Assembly: GCF_000027125.1 (NCBI RefSeq)
Contig: NC_017626.1
DNA: 64,000 nucleotides
Source: Escherichia coli 042
GTDB taxonomy: Bacteria > Pseudomonadota > Gammaproteobacteria > Enterobacterales > Enterobacteriaceae
Strand: one strand, 5' to 3'
Shown here: positions 46,627 to 59,481 of the stretch, in pieces
How positions within the stretch are numbered: the stretch's first letter is position 1
Layout of the letters: every line of letters begins with the position of its first letter
The notes under the pieces: generated by a model
The model's database searches: none
Seen by the model: only the letters and a program-made list of their open reading frames with translations
What the model was told of the DNA's origin: nothing
Made by a program: the position numbers and the translations under genes

Positions 46627-49600
46627 ATGGCGAATTTCTTTATTGATCGCCCCATTTTTGCCTGGGTGCTGGCAATCCTGTTGTGTCTGACAGGGACCCT
46701 GGCGATTTTTTCATTGCCCGTTGAACAATACCCCGATCTCGCGCCACCGAATGTGCGAGTGACCGCTAACTATCCCGGCGCATCGGCCCAGACGCTGGAA
46801 AACACCGTGACCCAGGTTATCGAGCAAAATATGACCGGCCTCGATAATCTGATGTATATGTCATCTCAGAGCAGCGGCACCGGTCAGGCATCTGTCACTT
46901 TAAGTTTTAAAGCAGGCACCGATCCGGACGAAGCCGTGCAGCAAGTACAAAACCAGCTGCAATCAGCCATGCGAAAGTTACCGCAGGCGGTGCAAAATCA
47001 GGGCGTGACGGTGCGTAAAACCGGCGATACCAACATTCTGACCATTGCCTTCGTCTCTACCGATGGTTCGATGGATAAACAGGATATTGCCGATTACGTT
47101 GCCAGTAATATTCAGGATCCGTTAAGCCGCGTGAATGGCGTCGGGGATATCGATGCCTATGGTTCGCAATATTCCATGCGTATCTGGCTGGACCCGGCGA
47201 AACTCAACAGTTTCCAGATGACGGCTAAAGATGTCACTGATGCCATTGAGTCACAGAACGCGCAGATTGCGGTTGGGCAACTTGGTGGTACGCCTTCCGT
47301 CGATAAGCAGGCGCTCAACGCCACCATTAACGCCCAGTCACTGCTGCAAACACCAGAACAGTTCCGCGATATCACCTTGCGGGTGAATCAGGACGGCTCA
47401 GAGGTAAGGCTGGGCGATGTCGCCACCGTCGAAATGGGGGCGGAGAAATACGATTATCTTAGCCGCTTCAATGGTAAGCCAGCCTCCGGGTTGGGGGTAA
47501 AACTGGCCTCCGGCGCGAACGAAATGGCGACAGCGGAGCTGGTGCTCAATCGTCTTGACGAGCTGGCGCAGTATTTCCCGCACGGACTGGAATACAAGGT
47601 GGCGTATGAAACCACCTCGTTTGTTAAAGCCTCCATTGAAGACGTGGTGAAAACGCTGCTGGAAGCTATCGCTCTGGTTTTCCTCGTTATGTATCTGTTC
47701 CTGCAAAACTTCCGTGCCACGCTGATACCCACTATCGCCGTGCCGGTGGTGTTGATGGGAACCTTCTCCATACTTTATGCCTTCGGTTACAGCGTCAACA
47801 CCTTAACCATGTTCGCGATGGTGCTGGCGATCGGTCTGCTGGTGGATGATGCCATCGTGGTGGTGGAAAACGTCGAACGTATTATGAGTGAGGAAGGACT
47901 CACTCCTCGCGAAGCCACACGTAAATCGATGGGGCAGATCCAGGGGGCACTGGTCGGGATTGCGATGGTGCTTTCGGCGGTATTTGTACCAATGGCCTTC
48001 TTCGGCGGCACCACCGGTGCCATCTATCGCCAGTTCTCTATTACCATTGTTGCGGCGATGGTGCTGTCAGTATTGGTAGCGATGATCCTCACTCCGGCTC
48101 TGTGTGCCACGCTACTTAAGCCACTGAAAAAGGGTGAGCATCACGGGCAAAAAGGCTTTTTTGCCTGGTTTAACCAGATGTTTAACCGCAACGCCGAACG
48201 CTACGAAAAAGGGGTGGCGAAAATTCTCCACCGTAGCCTGCGCTGGATTGTGATTTATGTCCTGCTGCTTGGCGGCATGGTGTTCCTGTTCCTGCGTTTG
48301 CCGACGTCGTTCTTGCCACTGGAAGACCGGGGCATGTTTACTACCTCGGTACAATTGCCCAGCGGTTCAACCCAACAACAGACCCTGAAAGTCGTTGAGC
48401 AAATCGAGAAATATTACTTCACCCATGAAAAAGACAACATCATGTCGGTGTTTGCCACTGTTGGTTCTGGCCCTGGGGGTAACGGGCAAAACGTGGCGCG
48501 AATGTTTATCCGCCTGAAAGACTGGAGCGAACGCGACAGTAAGACCGGCACCTCGTTTGCCATTATCGAGCGTGCAACGAAGGCGTTTAACAAGATTAAA
48601 GAAGCTCGCGTTATCGCCAGCAGCCCGCCAGCAATTAGCGGTCTTGGCAGTTCTGCGGGTTTTGATATGGAGTTGCAGGACCACGCTGGAGCAGGTCACG
48701 ATGCGCTGATGGCAGCACGTAACCAGTTGCTGGCGCTGGCGGCGGAAAACCCGGAGCTAACCCGTGTGCGCCATAACGGCCTCGACGACAGTCCGCAGTT
48801 GCAGATTGATATCGACCAGCGTAAAGCTCAGGCGCTGGGCGTTGCTATCGACGATATTAACGACACACTGCAAACCGCCTGGGGTTCGAGCTATGTGAAT
48901 GACTTTATGGATCGCGGTCGCGTGAAGAAAGTCTATGTGCAGGCAGCTGCGCCATATCGCATGCTGCCAGATGACATCAATCTCTGGTATGTCCGAAATA
49001 AAGATGGCGGCATGGTGCCCTTCTCTGCTTTCGCGACCTCACGCTGGGAGACAGGCTCGCCGCGTCTGGAACGCTATAACGGTTATTCTGCGGTAGAGAT
49101 TGTCGGGGAAGCCGCACCGGGGGTCAGTACCGGTACGGCGATGGATATTATGGAATCGTTAGTGAAGCAGCTGCCAAACGGCTTTGGTCTGGAGTGGACG
49201 GCGATGTCGTATCAGGAGCGGCTTTCCGGCGCGCAGGCTCCGGCGCTGTACGCCATTTCCTTGCTGGTGGTATTCCTGTGTCTGGCGGCGCTGTATGAAA
49301 GCTGGTCGGTGCCGTTCTCGGTAATGCTGGTCGTGCCGCTGGGGGTTATCGGCGCGCTGCTGGCAACCTGGATGCGCGGGCTGGAAAACGACGTTTACTT
49401 CCAGGTGGGCCTGTTAACGGTCATTGGTTTATCGGCGAAAAACGCCATCCTGATCGTCTCGTTTGCTAACGAGATGAACCAAAAAGGCCACGACCTGTTT
49501 GAAGCGACGCTCCACGCCTGCCGTCAGCGTTTACGCCCGATTCTGATGACCTCGCTGGCATTTATCTTCGGCGTATTGCCAATGGCAACCAGCACGGGTG

Positions 49601-49740
49601 CCGGTTCCGGTGGTCAGCATGCGGTGGGTACTGGCGTAATGGGCGGGATGATTTCGGCCACTATTCTGGCTATTTACTTCGTGCCGCTGTTCTTTGTGCT
49701 GGTGCGCCGCCGCTTCCCGCTGAAGCCGCGCCCGGAATAA
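46627..49740 (+). CDS. acrD: RND-family multidrug (aminoglycoside) efflux pump
   Basis: 1037-aa [44 protein letters not shown]... with typical AcrB/AcrD architecture. Confidence 0.96.
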   Translation: MANFFIDRPIFAWVLAILLCLTGTLAIFSLPVEQYPDLAPPNVRVTANYPGASAQTLENTVTQVIEQNMTGLDNLMYMSSQSSGTGQASVTLSFKAGTDPDEAVQQVQNQLQSAMRKLPQAVQNQGVTVRKTGDTNILTIAFVSTDGSMDKQDIADYVASNIQDPLSRVNGVGDIDAYGSQYSMRIWLDPAKLNSFQMTAKDVTDAIESQNAQIAVGQLGGTPSVDKQALNATINAQSLLQTPEQFRDITLRVNQDGSEVRLGDVATVEMGAEKYDYLSRFNGKPASGLGVKLASGANEMATAELVLNRLDELAQYFPHGLEYKVAYETTSFVKASIEDVVKTLLEAIALVFLVMYLFLQNFRATLIPTIAVPVVLMGTFSILYAFGYSVNTLTMFAMVLAIGLLVDDAIVVVENVERIMSEEGLTPREATRKSMGQIQGALVGIAMVLSAVFVPMAFFGGTTGAIYRQFSITIVAAMVLSVLVAMILTPALCATLLKPLKKGEHHGQKGFFAWFNQMFNRNAERYEKGVAKILHRSLRWIVIYVLLLGGMVFLFLRLPTSFLPLEDRGMFTTSVQLPSGSTQQQTLKVVEQIEKYYFTHEKDNIMSVFATVGSGPGGNGQNVARMFIRLKDWSERDSKTGTSFAIIERATKAFNKIKEARVIASSPPAISGLGSSAGFDMELQDHAGAGHDALMAARNQLLALAAENPELTRVRHNGLDDSPQLQIDIDQRKAQALGVAIDDINDTLQTAWGSSYVNDFMDRGRVKKVYVQAAAPYRMLPDDINLWYVRNKDGGMVPFSAFATSRWETGSPRLERYNGYSAVEIVGEAAPGVSTGTAMDIMESLVKQLPNGFGLEWTAMSYQERLSGAQAPALYAISLLVVFLCLAALYESWSVPFSVMLVVPLGVIGALLATWMRGLENDVYFQVGLLTVIGLSAKNAILIVSFANEMNQKGHDLFEATLHACRQRLRPILMTSLAFIFGVLPMATSTGAGSGGQHAVGTGVMGGMISATILAIYFVPLFFVLVRRRFPLKPRPE

Positions 49741-49751
49741 GCAATAAAAAA

Positions 49752-49779
49752 GGCGACATGCCAATGTGTCGCCCTTTTC
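49752..49779 (+). terminator. Rho-independent terminator downstream of acrD
   Basis: ggcgaca-tgccaa-tgtcgcc hairpin followed by cttttc, within 40 bp of the acrD stop. Confidence 0.6.
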
Positions 49780-49838
49780 AACTTTCCGATTAAGAACCTG
49801 CTCAGCAGGTTCTTGCTGTTTGTACTTTGTCTCAGGAA

Positions 49839-49898
49839 TTACTTACGAAGCATAACTTCGATAAAGTCTTTCCAGTTCCCCAGTTCACGTTCAATCAT
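49839..49898 (-). CDS. ypfM: Small protein YpfM (19 aa)
   Basis: Minus-strand ATG...TAA encodes MIERELGNWKDFIEVMLRK with an RBS (agaggttgttATG); too short to appear in the ORF track. Confidence 0.6.
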   Translation of the reverse strand: MIERELGNWKDFIEVMLRK

Positions 49899-50260
49899 AA
49901 CAACCTCTCTTATAATTATGGGTATTCTACGGAAACAATATACCGTGGTGAAGCTAATTTACTCGATTGCTGCGATGACTACCTCCGGGGGACAAACCTT
50001 ATGTAAATACTATGGTCCTGCGGTGATGATTTGTATGTGATACACAGCAACATTTCGAGATATTCATACGGCATCTAATACTGATTTAATTCTGGTTAAA
50101 ATACAGACAGATAACAAGATGAATATTCTTAATGTTTACGTTAAAAATGTTTAATATTATTTAATAGTTGTTAATTTGAATACTTCGATAATGTTATATT
50201 TCCTGATAATCATTTGCAGGCAAAATGTTTTCACCCTTAAATGAGTATTTATTCTCATAA

Positions 50261-50635
<375 letters not shown>

Positions 50636-50638
50636 TCT

Positions 50639-51766
50639 ATGTCGTGCCCGGTTATTGAGCTGACACAACAGCTTATTCGCCGCCCTTCCCTGAGCCCTGA
50701 TGACGCAGGATGCCAGGCTTTGTTGATTGAACGTTTGCAGGCTATCGGTTTTACCGTTGAACGCATGGATTTTGCCGATACGCAGAATTTTTGGGCATGG
50801 CGTGGGCAAGGTGAAACGTTGGCCTTTGCCGGGCATACCGACGTGGTGCCGCCTGGCGACGCCGATCGTTGGATCAATCCGCCGTTTGAACCGACCATTC
50901 GTGACGGTATGTTATTCGGGCGCGGTGCGGCAGATATGAAAGGCTCGCTGGCGGCGATGGTGGTAGCTGCAGAACGCTTTGTCGCACAACATCCCAACCA
51001 TACGGGACGACTGGCATTTCTGATCACCTCTGATGAAGAAGCCAGTGCCCACAACGGTACGGTAAAAGTCGTCGAAGCGTTAATGGCGCGTAATGAGCGT
51101 CTCGATTACTGCCTGGTCGGCGAACCGTCGAGTATCGAAGTGGTAGGTGATGTGGTGAAAAATGGTCGTCGCGGATCGTTAACCTGCAACCTCACCATTC
51201 ATGGCGTGCAGGGGCATGTTGCCTACCCACATCTGGCTGACAATCCGGTACATCGCGCAGCACCTTTCCTTAATGAATTAGTGGCTATTGAGTGGGATCA
51301 GGGCAATGAATTCTTCCCGGCGACCAGTATGCAGATTGCCAATATTCAGGCGGGAACGGGCAGTAACAACGTTATTCCGGGTGAACTGTTTGTGCAGTTT
51401 AACTTCCGCTTCAGCACCGAACTGACTGATGAGATGATCAAAGCGCAGGTACTTGCCCTGCTTGAAAAACATCAACTGCGCTATACGGTGGATTGGTGGC
51501 TTTCCGGGCAGCCATTTTTGACCGCGCGCGGTAAACTGGTGGATGCGGTCGTTAACGCGGTTGAGCACTATAATGAAATTAAACCGCAGCTACTGACCAC
51601 AGGCGGAACGTCCGACGGGCGCTTTATTGCCCGCATGGGGGCGCAGGTGGTGGAACTCGGGCCGGTCAATGCCACTATTCATAAAATTAATGAATGTGTG
51701 AACGCTGCCGACCTGCAGCTACTTGCCCGTATGTATCAACGTATCATGGAACAGCTCGTCGCCTGA
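50639..51766 (+). CDS. dapE: Succinyl-diaminopimelate desuccinylase
   Basis: 375-aa [29 protein letters not shown]...; M20 metallopeptidase family. Confidence 0.96.
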
Positions 51767-51793
51767 TGAGTGGTTCTGCAAGAGGAAATAAGC

Positions 51794-51994
51794 ATGGACT
51801 GGCTGGCTAAATATTGGTGGATTCTGGTGATTGTCTTTTTGGTAGGCGTCCTGCTGAACGTGATTAAAGATCTCAAGCGCGTCGACCATAAGAAATTTCT
51901 CGCCAACAAGCCGGAGCTTCCCCCGCATCGTGATTTCAACGATAAGTGGGACGATGACGACGACTGGCCGAAAAAGGATCAACCGAAGAAGTAA
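51794..51994 (+). CDS. ypfN: Small membrane protein YpfN (UPF0370)
   Basis: 66 aa from [21 protein letters not shown] with RBS (aggaaataagcATG); the track ORF begins at an upstream in-frame GTG. Confidence 0.85.
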
Positions 51995-52002
51995 GCTGAG
52001 CG

Positions 52003-52066
52003 GCCGGATAAGGCGTTCACGCCACATCCGGCCATGATGCCTGATACAGTCTTATCAGGCCTACCC
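52003..52066. repeat. Pair of REP palindromes between convergent ypfN and ypfH
   Basis: gccggataaggcgttcacgccacatccggc and gcctgatacagtcttatcaggcctac. Confidence 0.65.
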
Positions 52067-52074
52067 GGCTATTA

Positions 52075-52773
52075 TTACATCATTTCAATCACATCATCAT
52101 CGCCAGGCTTACCGCCGCTTAGCGCTTCGTCGAAATAATGTTTCGGAATGGTATAACGCAAGTGATCCAGGGCAAATTGCATACTGCGATTGTCGATCGC
52201 ATGGCCTAAATCCTCCACGATATCCAGCGTCACGTCACCACCGGCACTGATTAACGCTTCCTGCGCCGCAACCGCATGCGCCAGATCGATAACCGGATCT
52301 TCACCGCCATGAATCAAGTGAATTGTCGTGGCTGTAGACGCGGTTTCCGGCAGGCTCGCGTAGCGTCCGTTGAAGGCAATGACGCGCGAAGCAAGGCCCG
52401 GTTCGGCTTTAATGCTCTCCAGCGCCATAATCGCGCCTTGAGAGAAACCGATTAGCGCCGTGGCGTTAGCCCCTACTCCGCTCTGTTTCTGCCAGTAGCG
52501 CACCGTCTCAATAAACGTCGGCATGATGGCATCCACACGCGTCTGGCGATTATCTTCCGTAATACCCTGCACCGAAAACCACTGACGCCCCGCCGGATTA
52601 CCGCTCGGCTCCGCGCCACCGACACTCACCACCAGCGCATCAGGAAACAGCGGTGCAAACCAGCTACCTATTTCCCCCATTGCCACCGGGTTATCCCCGA
52701 CACCGTGGAAAAGCAGTAACAACTGTTGTGCAGGTTTATCCGGGCTTTGAACAACAAAATGGTCATGTTTCAT
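52075..52773 (-). CDS. ypfH: Esterase/carboxylesterase YpfH (alpha/beta hydrolase)
   Basis: Track ORF is extended by 8 codons; product from MKHDHFVVQSPDKPAQQLLLLFHGVGD is 232 aa with the nucleophile elbow GFSQG. Confidence 0.9.
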   Translation of the reverse strand: MKHDHFVVQSPDKPAQQLLLLFHGVGDNPVAMGEIGSWFAPLFPDALVVSVGGAEPSGNPAGRQWFSVQGITEDNRQTRVDAIMPTFIETVRYWQKQSGVGANATALIGFSQGAIMALESIKAEPGLASRVIAFNGRYASLPETASTATTIHLIHGGEDPVIDLAHAVAAQEALISAGGDVTLDIVEDLGHAIDNRSMQFALDHLRYTIPKHYFDEALSGGKPGDDDVIEMM

Positions 52774-52846
52774 GGCGAACTCCTTAACTGATGTCATTAA
52801 TTTTACGCCGCTGACTCACAATGACCATGGGAGAAAATTGAAGGAG

Positions 52847-54862
52847 TCAGTGAAAAAATTGCCATTGCGTTATGCGATCGCGCAAACGCTCAGTGCGAAT
52901 ATCATTAAGTGCGAACAGCGCCTGCGCGGCCTCTTCCCGCTGACGGACCAGTAACAGCTTGCGGCCTGAAAGTTTAAGTGTGGTACATAACTGCGCGTCA
53001 CTGACGTTTTTCTGTAAACGCCCACGCAGCGCCGGTAATGCCAGTTCGCTGGTTTGTAACAGACGCATTAAGCAACCTAACGATGTTAATAGCGGACGAT
53101 GAGCGAAAGCAAAACCGGCCAGTTCAAGCCAGTCGTCGTCAGAAAGGACGGCATCGTTTAGTGGATCAACAGGAAGCGTTTCGCCATTCCACTGCGCGAG
53201 AGCTTGCACATCGCGACGTAAACGGTAATGCTCACGTTCAGCCAGCTGTTTACCCGCATCACTCATCGGTAACAGCGCCATCGCCGTATAGCAACCGCTG
53301 CTGGCTTCACGATGATTACCCATCCGCACCAGCACAAAACCGCAGCGTTGCCAGAAACGCCATAACTCCCCGGTGTAACCAAAACTCACCGAAAGATAGT
53401 CGAGGTCACGCGTATATTGCAAAGCACCAGCAATAAGTTGCTGCCCTGTGCCTTCCCGCTGACGCGCCGGATGAACTGCTATCCGGCTTACCCGCCGTCC
53501 ACGCAATGTCGCTGCCAGTGGATTGCTGCCGTGCGCCGCCAGCGACTGGGCCACCAGATTACCCCGAGGGCGACGAAAACCTGCCCATACCGCCTGACTG
53601 AGTTGTTGAGATAATCCCCCCTCATCCACCAGCCACAGCGCCCCGGCAATCTCGTTGTCGCCAGCCGCCTGTAAAAAATGTTGCCCTGGTGCATCCATCA
53701 TGCGGCGTAAATCCAGCGGCGAGGTCCGGTAGTGCGCACCAGACAATAGCTGATAAACCTTTAACGGCGTTTCTGGCTCGCTTCGCCATAACGTTTGTTC
53801 AAATGCGGAAATGACAATATTGCCTTGTGGTGTATGGGTGAAGTTTTCATCGTCAAAAACCAGTGCCTCACTAACCATTTTTTCCAGCGGGCATCCCTGC
53901 GCCCAGCGGATCGGTTGTTGCAGTTCAAAACGGTGTAAATGTGGAAAGCGAGCGCAAAATTTCAGCAAAAAACCACGTCCGGTGCCTTCATAGCCCTGCA
54001 CCGTAGTGGTTAACAACGTTCGAGGAAAACGCGATACCAGTTGATGCAACAACGGCGCAGGTATGGCTGCGGCTTCATCGACCACCAGCCAGTCGGCTTG
54101 CTCATCGCTGGCTAACAAGGCATCCGGTGCAATAAAGCGAAACTTCTCGCCCGCAAATTGTGCCAGTACATCCGTTGCCGCTTTTGCGGGCGCGGTGACA
54201 ATCGCACTGCCCGCAATACGAGAAATGAGTTGCCCTGCCAACGCCGATTTACCGCGCCCACGCGCAGCCGTTACCGCTGCCACGCCCGGCGGCATGGTCA
54301 GTAACTGCTGTAAGAGTTGCTGTTGTTCTGGTTGTGGTGTGCCGGTCGCGGGGTGCCAGTCAGTACGGGGAGCAAAATGCACCAACGTGAACGGCTGGTT
54401 TTGCCGCCAGAGGATGGCGTCGTTATTCGCCGTAAGTACACGTTTGAGATGCTGGACAAAATGCGGCGTCGCAATAGGGTCAGGGCAATCACTCCAGCGC
54501 AGCGAGTCGGCATCAGGTTGGTTTTCCCACTCTTCCCATACAGGGAGTAACAACACCAGCCAGCTTCCCGCTTTCAACGTTCCGCTAAGTGCTGCAAAGG
54601 CAGCGGCATCAAAGCCGTGGCGGGCGTCGAATACCGCATGCCGGAATTCGCGCCCAAGTAAAGTTTGTAGCGCCGAGGGAAAACAGTGGTTTTCAGCGAC
54701 TGGCTGCGGCGAAATCCACAGCCAGTCGCCAGGTAAGGCATCACGCAACTTAAGCGCATGATCAAAACACCAACCCTCTTCCCCGCTCAACACCAGCAAG
54801 CGGCGGATCCCTTCACGTTTCATTTGCGCTGTTAATGTGTGAAGCGCAGTCAGTTCAGCCAT
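52847..54862 (-). CDS. tmcA: tRNA(Met) cytidine acetyltransferase
   Basis: 671-aa ORF with a helicase-like P-loop (ARGRGKSALAG) and a C-terminal GNAT domain. Confidence 0.93.
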   Translation of the reverse strand: MAELTALHTLTAQMKREGIRRLLVLSGEEGWCFDHALKLRDALPGDWLWISPQPVAENHCFPSALQTLLGREFRHAVFDARHGFDAAAFAALSGTLKAGSWLVLLLPVWEEWENQPDADSLRWSDCPDPIATPHFVQHLKRVLTANNDAILWRQNQPFTLVHFAPRTDWHPATGTPQPEQQQLLQQLLTMPPGVAAVTAARGRGKSALAGQLISRIAGSAIVTAPAKAATDVLAQFAGEKFRFIAPDALLASDEQADWLVVDEAAAIPAPLLHQLVSRFPRTLLTTTVQGYEGTGRGFLLKFCARFPHLHRFELQQPIRWAQGCPLEKMVSEALVFDDENFTHTPQGNIVISAFEQTLWRSEPETPLKVYQLLSGAHYRTSPLDLRRMMDAPGQHFLQAAGDNEIAGALWLVDEGGLSQQLSQAVWAGFRRPRGNLVAQSLAAHGSNPLAATLRGRRVSRIAVHPARQREGTGQQLIAGALQYTRDLDYLSVSFGYTGELWRFWQRCGFVLVRMGNHREASSGCYTAMALLPMSDAGKQLAEREHYRLRRDVQALAQWNGETLPVDPLNDAVLSDDDWLELAGFAFAHRPLLTSLGCLMRLLQTSELALPALRGRLQKNVSDAQLCTTLKLSGRKLLLVRQREEAAQALFALNDIRTERLRDRITQWQFFH

Positions 54863-54876
54863 CCCTGCCCCGGAAG

Positions 54877-55740
54877 TTAAATGCTTTTACCAAAAGTATT
54901 GCATTGTGCCGGATCACCGCTGTCGAAACCACGTTTAAACCAGCTGTAGCGTTGCTGAGAAGTGCCATGAGTGAAACTGTCTGGTACTACTCGCCCCTGA
55001 CTTTGCTGTTGTAAACGGTCATCGCCGATGGCCTGCGCCGCGTTCAGCGCCTCTTCCAGATCGCCGGTTTCCAGAACACCTTGCTGCTGCATACTATGCC
55101 CCCAGACACCGGCAAAACAGTCGGCCTGGAGTTCCATACGCACAGATAAGCGGTTCACTTCCGCCTGCGTCGCGTTTTGTTGCAGTTGACGAACTTTCGG
55201 CTCGATGCCTAACAGTTTCTGCACATGATGACCGACTTCATGGGCGATAACGTACCCCTGGGCAAAATCGCCATCCGCGCCAAGTTTGTCTTTCATGTCA
55301 TCATAGAAGGAGAGATCGATATAAACCGTGCCATCCGCCGGGCAATAGAACGGTCCCATAATGGACTGGCCCGCCCCGCATCCGGTGCGCGTCATTCCAC
55401 GGTACATGACCAGCTTCGGTTGCTGATAGGTCTTACCCATCTTCTCGAACTGCTGTCCCCAGGTGTCTTCCGTGGTTGCCAGAATCACCGAGGTGAATTT
55501 TGCGGCTTCGTCTTCATTTGGGCTAATTGACCGCGTTGATTGCTGTTGAGAAACCGGCTGTCCGGTCATCAACCCGGTTAAATCAACGCCATAGTAGCCT
55601 GCAACCAGCACGACAATCAGTAAAATCAGCCCGCCTTTACCGCTTGGCAGGCGAAAACCGGGACCGCCCATAGACGGACCACCAGAGCTGTTGCGCCTGT
55701 CTTCAACATTGTCACTTTCACGTCGCCCTTGCCAACGCAT
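54877..55740 (-). CDS. ypfJ: Putative membrane-anchored zinc metallopeptidase YpfJ
   Basis: 287-aa ORF with an N-terminal TM segment and an HExxH motif ([10 protein letters not shown]). Confidence 0.9.
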
Positions 55741-55907
55741 AGATACCTCAACAATATATTCATTATAGAAATGATCGTAGGTGGTTCAGAGGAAGATTAC
55801 CACAGGAAAGCGGGATGAAATGGCGGAGGAATGAGCGTTCAATGCACATCTTATGAGAGCGGTTGTCTTGCCGTGCCAGCTGCACGGCAAGATGATGAGC
55901 AGAAAAA

Positions 55908-56621
55908 TCAGTCCAGCTGTACACCCAGGCGGCGGGCGACGGCTTCATAGGCCTCGATCAGGCCACCGAGGCTCTGGCGGAAACGGTCTTTGTCCATTTT
56001 CTCCAGCGTTTCTTTGTCCCACAGGCGGCTGCCGTCCGGGGAGAACTCATCGCCCAGTACCACTTCACCTTTGTACAGGCCAAACTCCAGTTTAAAGTCG
56101 ACCAAAATCAGACCAGCATCATCGAACAGTTTTTTCAGCACGTCGTTCGCTTTGTAGGTCAGCTCTTTCATACGCGCCAGGTTCTCTTTGCTCACCCAGC
56201 CAAAGGTTTCGCAGTAAGATTCGTTGACCATCGGATCGTGCATGGCGTCGTTTTTCAGGAACAAATCGAACAGCGGCGGGTTCAGCTCAATACCTTCTTC
56301 GATTCCAAGACGTTTCACCAGAGAGCCAGCAGCACGGTTACGCACGACACACTCAACCGGCACCATATCCAGCTTTTTCACCAGACATTCGGTATCGGAG
56401 AGCAGACGCTCCATTTGAGTCGGGATACCCGCTTCAGCCAGTTTGCTCATAATGAAGTAGTTGAACTTGTTGTTCACCATACCTTTGCGATCAAACTGCT
56501 CAATGCGCGCGCCATCCCCTGCTGACGTATCATTGCGGAATTCGAGCACCAACAGGTCCGGGTTTTCCGTGCTGTATACGGTTTTCGCTTTACCACGATA
56601 CAACTCAGCTTGCTTTTGCAT
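55908..56621 (-). CDS. purC: Phosphoribosylaminoimidazole-succinocarboxamide (SAICAR) synthase
   Basis: 237 aa from [24 protein letters not shown]; the track ORF has a 3-codon extension. Confidence 0.96.
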
Positions 56622-56675
56622 CTTTATCACTCCTGGGTGTGAATTAACGTTTTAAAATCTTTTGCTGTCTGGTGT

Positions 56676-56728
<53 letters not shown>

Positions 56729-56774
56729 AAACAAATTTTGTGCGAATTACCGCTAAAATCGCATTTTTCTGCCG

Positions 56775-56790
56775 ACGCACACGTTTGCGT
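56775..56790 (-). promoter_or_regulatory. PurR operator (PUR box) upstream of purC
   Basis: The minus strand reads ACGCAAACGTGTGCGT, one mismatch from the recalled PUR-box palindrome ACGCAAACGTTTGCGT; it lies between the bamC terminator and purC. Confidence 0.5.
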
Positions 56791-56800
56791 ATCATATCAG

Positions 56801-56826
56801 AAAAAAGGGCCGGATGATTCCAGCCC
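56801..56826 (-). terminator. Rho-independent terminator downstream of bamC
   Basis: The minus strand reads gggctggaatcatccggccc followed by tttttt, directly after the bamC stop. Confidence 0.5.
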
Positions 56827-56833
56827 TGTATTT

Positions 56834-57868
56834 TTACTTGCTAAACGCAGCCTGGAAGACAGCTACCAGCGCGTCGTTCTGACTCTGAGTCAGAGTATGA
56901 CCTTTCGGATCGATGAACTGTAGGCTGCTGCGGTTATCTAAATCGCCAACCTGCAGTTTATAGTCACCGGATGCCAGGCCTGGATCGCTCGCGCCCAGTT
57001 CCTGCCAGTCGCTGTCAGACAGCGGCTTGTAAGTTACGGCCATGTTACCCTGCGAACGGGTGCTGTCGGTCACTTTCATGCCCACTTTTTCCAGCGCCGC
57101 TGGCAGACGTTGCCAAACCACATTGAACGGCCCGCGTACGACCAGCATCGGTAAACCGGTGTCATCAGCTGCACTTTGTACGTCCATAGTGGTGGAGGCA
57201 CGATTTTGCGCAGCGTTCGCGGCGTCAGTGGCAGATTTATCCAGACCGGCGGAAATAACGTTCATCATCTCCGTGCTGTAACGCTGCATGGAAGCCGCGT
57301 CTGCAACCGGTTTGCCCGCCTGTTCCAGGTTCAGCAGTTTAACCGTAACCGCCTGCTGATAACCCTGCGGCTTAACAGAGATTTGATAACGACCACGATA
57401 CTGCTCGTCTTCATCCAGACGGTTCCATTGTACCCAATCGGTGGTCAGTGTCTGACCAGCATCATCACGTTGGGTGATGGTGTAGTTTTTCGCCTGCAGC
57501 ACGCTAACCACCTGCGGCCACAGAGTATTGCCACGACCATTTTCCACCAGCAATGAAGCGGTATCGCCCGTGAACTGGGTACGCGCGCCAGAAACCAGTG
57601 CCAGCGGCTGGGCTGGTGGACGAATGTCCAGCGCCTTACCGACAGCACCACTACCGTTGGTCACCGGGATTGCATAATCACCGGAGGTCACCGGCAAAAT
57701 CATTCCAGCCGGGGCATGAAGCTCCGCAAGCGGTGCCGCTTCCAGGTAGGCTTCATCACCACTGACCTGACGCTTATAGCGTGAGTCAGAACTACAGGCA
57801 GCGAGTAATAAAACAAGCGAAACACCCGCAACCTTTGCCAGGCGCGACTTTTGAACAGAGTAAGCCAT
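56834..57868 (-). CDS. bamC: Outer membrane protein assembly factor BamC (lipoprotein NlpB)
   Basis: 344 aa from [27 protein letters not shown] (lipobox). Confidence 0.95.
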
Positions 57869-57884
57869 CAAATCTCCCTAAACT

Positions 57885-58763
57885 TTACAGCAAACCGGCA
57901 TGCTTAAGCGCCGCTCTGACCGTCTCACGACCACTGTCGGTGATTGGTGTCATTGGCAGGCGCAGCGTATCGGTCGCCACAAGACCCAGTTCCTTACATG
58001 CCCATTTCACCGGGATTGGATTGGGTTCGACAAATAGTTTGTTGTGTAATGGCATCAGACGCTGATTAATAACGCGTGCCTCGGCAAAATGCCCTTCTGC
58101 TGCCAGTTTGCACATCTGGGCCATATCACGCGCTGCGACGTTAGCCGTAACGGAAATAACCCCATGACCGCCTAATTGCATGAAGTCCAGCGCGCTCGCA
58201 TCATCGCCGCTCAGCAGAACAAAATCATCTGAAACCAGCTCTTTGATCTGGTTTACACGCGTTAAGTTCCCTGTTGCCTCTTTGATTCCGATAATATTTT
58301 TTACTTTCGCCAGACGGCCCACCGTTTCCGGGAGCAGATCGCAGCCAGTACGGGACGGCACATTATACAGAATTTGCGGCAGGTCAGTATGTTCAGCGAT
58401 GGCTTTGAAATGCTGATACAAACCTTCTTGCGACGGACGATTGTAGTAAGGGGTTACCGTCAGGCAGCCGACGATACCACTGTCATTGAAGCGCTGCGTC
58501 AGGCTAATGGCTTCCGCAGTAGCATTAGCGCCGGTCCCGGCAATCACCGGAATGCGCCCGTCAGCCAGCTCCAGCGTCATCATCACCACATCAGCATGTT
58601 CGTCATGATTTAAGGTAGCGGACTCGCCAGTGGTGCCAACAGAAACGATCGCCGAAGTACCGCTGGCGACATGATAATCAATCAGTTTTTTCAAGCTAGC
58701 CCGACAGACATTACCTTTTTCATCCATCGGAGTAACAATCGCGACAATACTTCCCGTGAACAT
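57885..58763 (-). CDS. dapA: 4-hydroxy-tetrahydrodipicolinate synthase
   Basis: 292 aa from [19 protein letters not shown]; the track ORF has a 6-codon extension. Confidence 0.96.
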   Translation of the reverse strand: MFTGSIVAIVTPMDEKGNVCRASLKKLIDYHVASGTSAIVSVGTTGESATLNHDEHADVVMMTLELADGRIPVIAGTGANATAEAISLTQRFNDSGIVGCLTVTPYYNRPSQEGLYQHFKAIAEHTDLPQILYNVPSRTGCDLLPETVGRLAKVKNIIGIKEATGNLTRVNQIKELVSDDFVLLSGDDASALDFMQLGGHGVISVTANVAARDMAQMCKLAAEGHFAEARVINQRLMPLHNKLFVEPNPIPVKWACKELGLVATDTLRLPMTPITDSGRETVRAALKHAGLL

Positions 58764-58908
58764 GGGCCATCCTCTGTGCAAACAAGTGTCTCAATGGTAC
58801 GTTTGGTATGGCATTAAAAGCAAGCAGACAGAACCGTTCTGATTGTTGTATGCATGTTTTTTTTATGCTTTCCTTAAGAACAACTCACCCCTTAAAGGAA
58901 TAACCAGT

Positions 58909-59481
58909 TTGACACTGTCATCGCAACATTATCTGGTGATCACTGCGTTGGGTGCCGATCGCCCTGGAATTGTGAACACCATCACCCGTCATGTCAGTAG
59001 TTGCGGCTGTAATATTGAAGACAGTCGCCTGGCGATGCTGGGAGAAGAGTTCACGTTTATTATGCTGCTTTCCGGTTCATGGAATGCCATTACTCTGATT
59101 GAATCAACGTTACCGTTGAAAGGTGCCGAACTGGATCTTTTAATCGTGATGAAGCGCACGACGGCGCGTCCGCGTCCGCCAATGCCAGCATCTGTCTGGG
59201 TTCAGGTCGATGTGGCAGACTCCCCGCATTTAATTGAACGCTTCACAGCACTTTTCGACGCGCATCATATGAACATTGCGGAGCTGGTGTCGCGCACGCA
59301 ACCTGCTGAAAATGAACGGGCTGCGCAGTTGCATATTCAGATAACCGCCCACAGCCCCGCATCTGCGGACGCAGCAAATATTGAGCAAGCATTCAAAGCC
59401 CTATGTACAGAACTCAATGCACAAGGCAGTATTAACGTCGTCAATTATTCCCAACATGATGAACAGGATGGAGTTAAGTAA
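58909..59481 (+). CDS. gcvR: Glycine cleavage system transcriptional repressor
   Basis: 190-aa product beginning (M)TLSSQHYLVITALGADRPGIVNT from a TTG codon preceded by aaggaataacca; the track ORF is extended upstream. Confidence 0.88.
   Translation: MTLSSQHYLVITALGADRPGIVNTITRHVSSCGCNIEDSRLAMLGEEFTFIMLLSGSWNAITLIESTLPLKGAELDLLIVMKRTTARPRPPMPASVWVQVDVADSPHLIERFTALFDAHHMNIAELVSRTQPAENERAAQLHIQITAHSPASADAANIEQAFKALCTELNAQGSINVVNYSQHDEQDGVK

Noticed and set aside
49813-50040. 75-aa plus-strand ORF in the acrD-yffB spacer
   Set aside because: TTG-initiated, no RBS, AT-rich low-complexity product, and it overlaps the better-supported minus-strand ypfM ORF.
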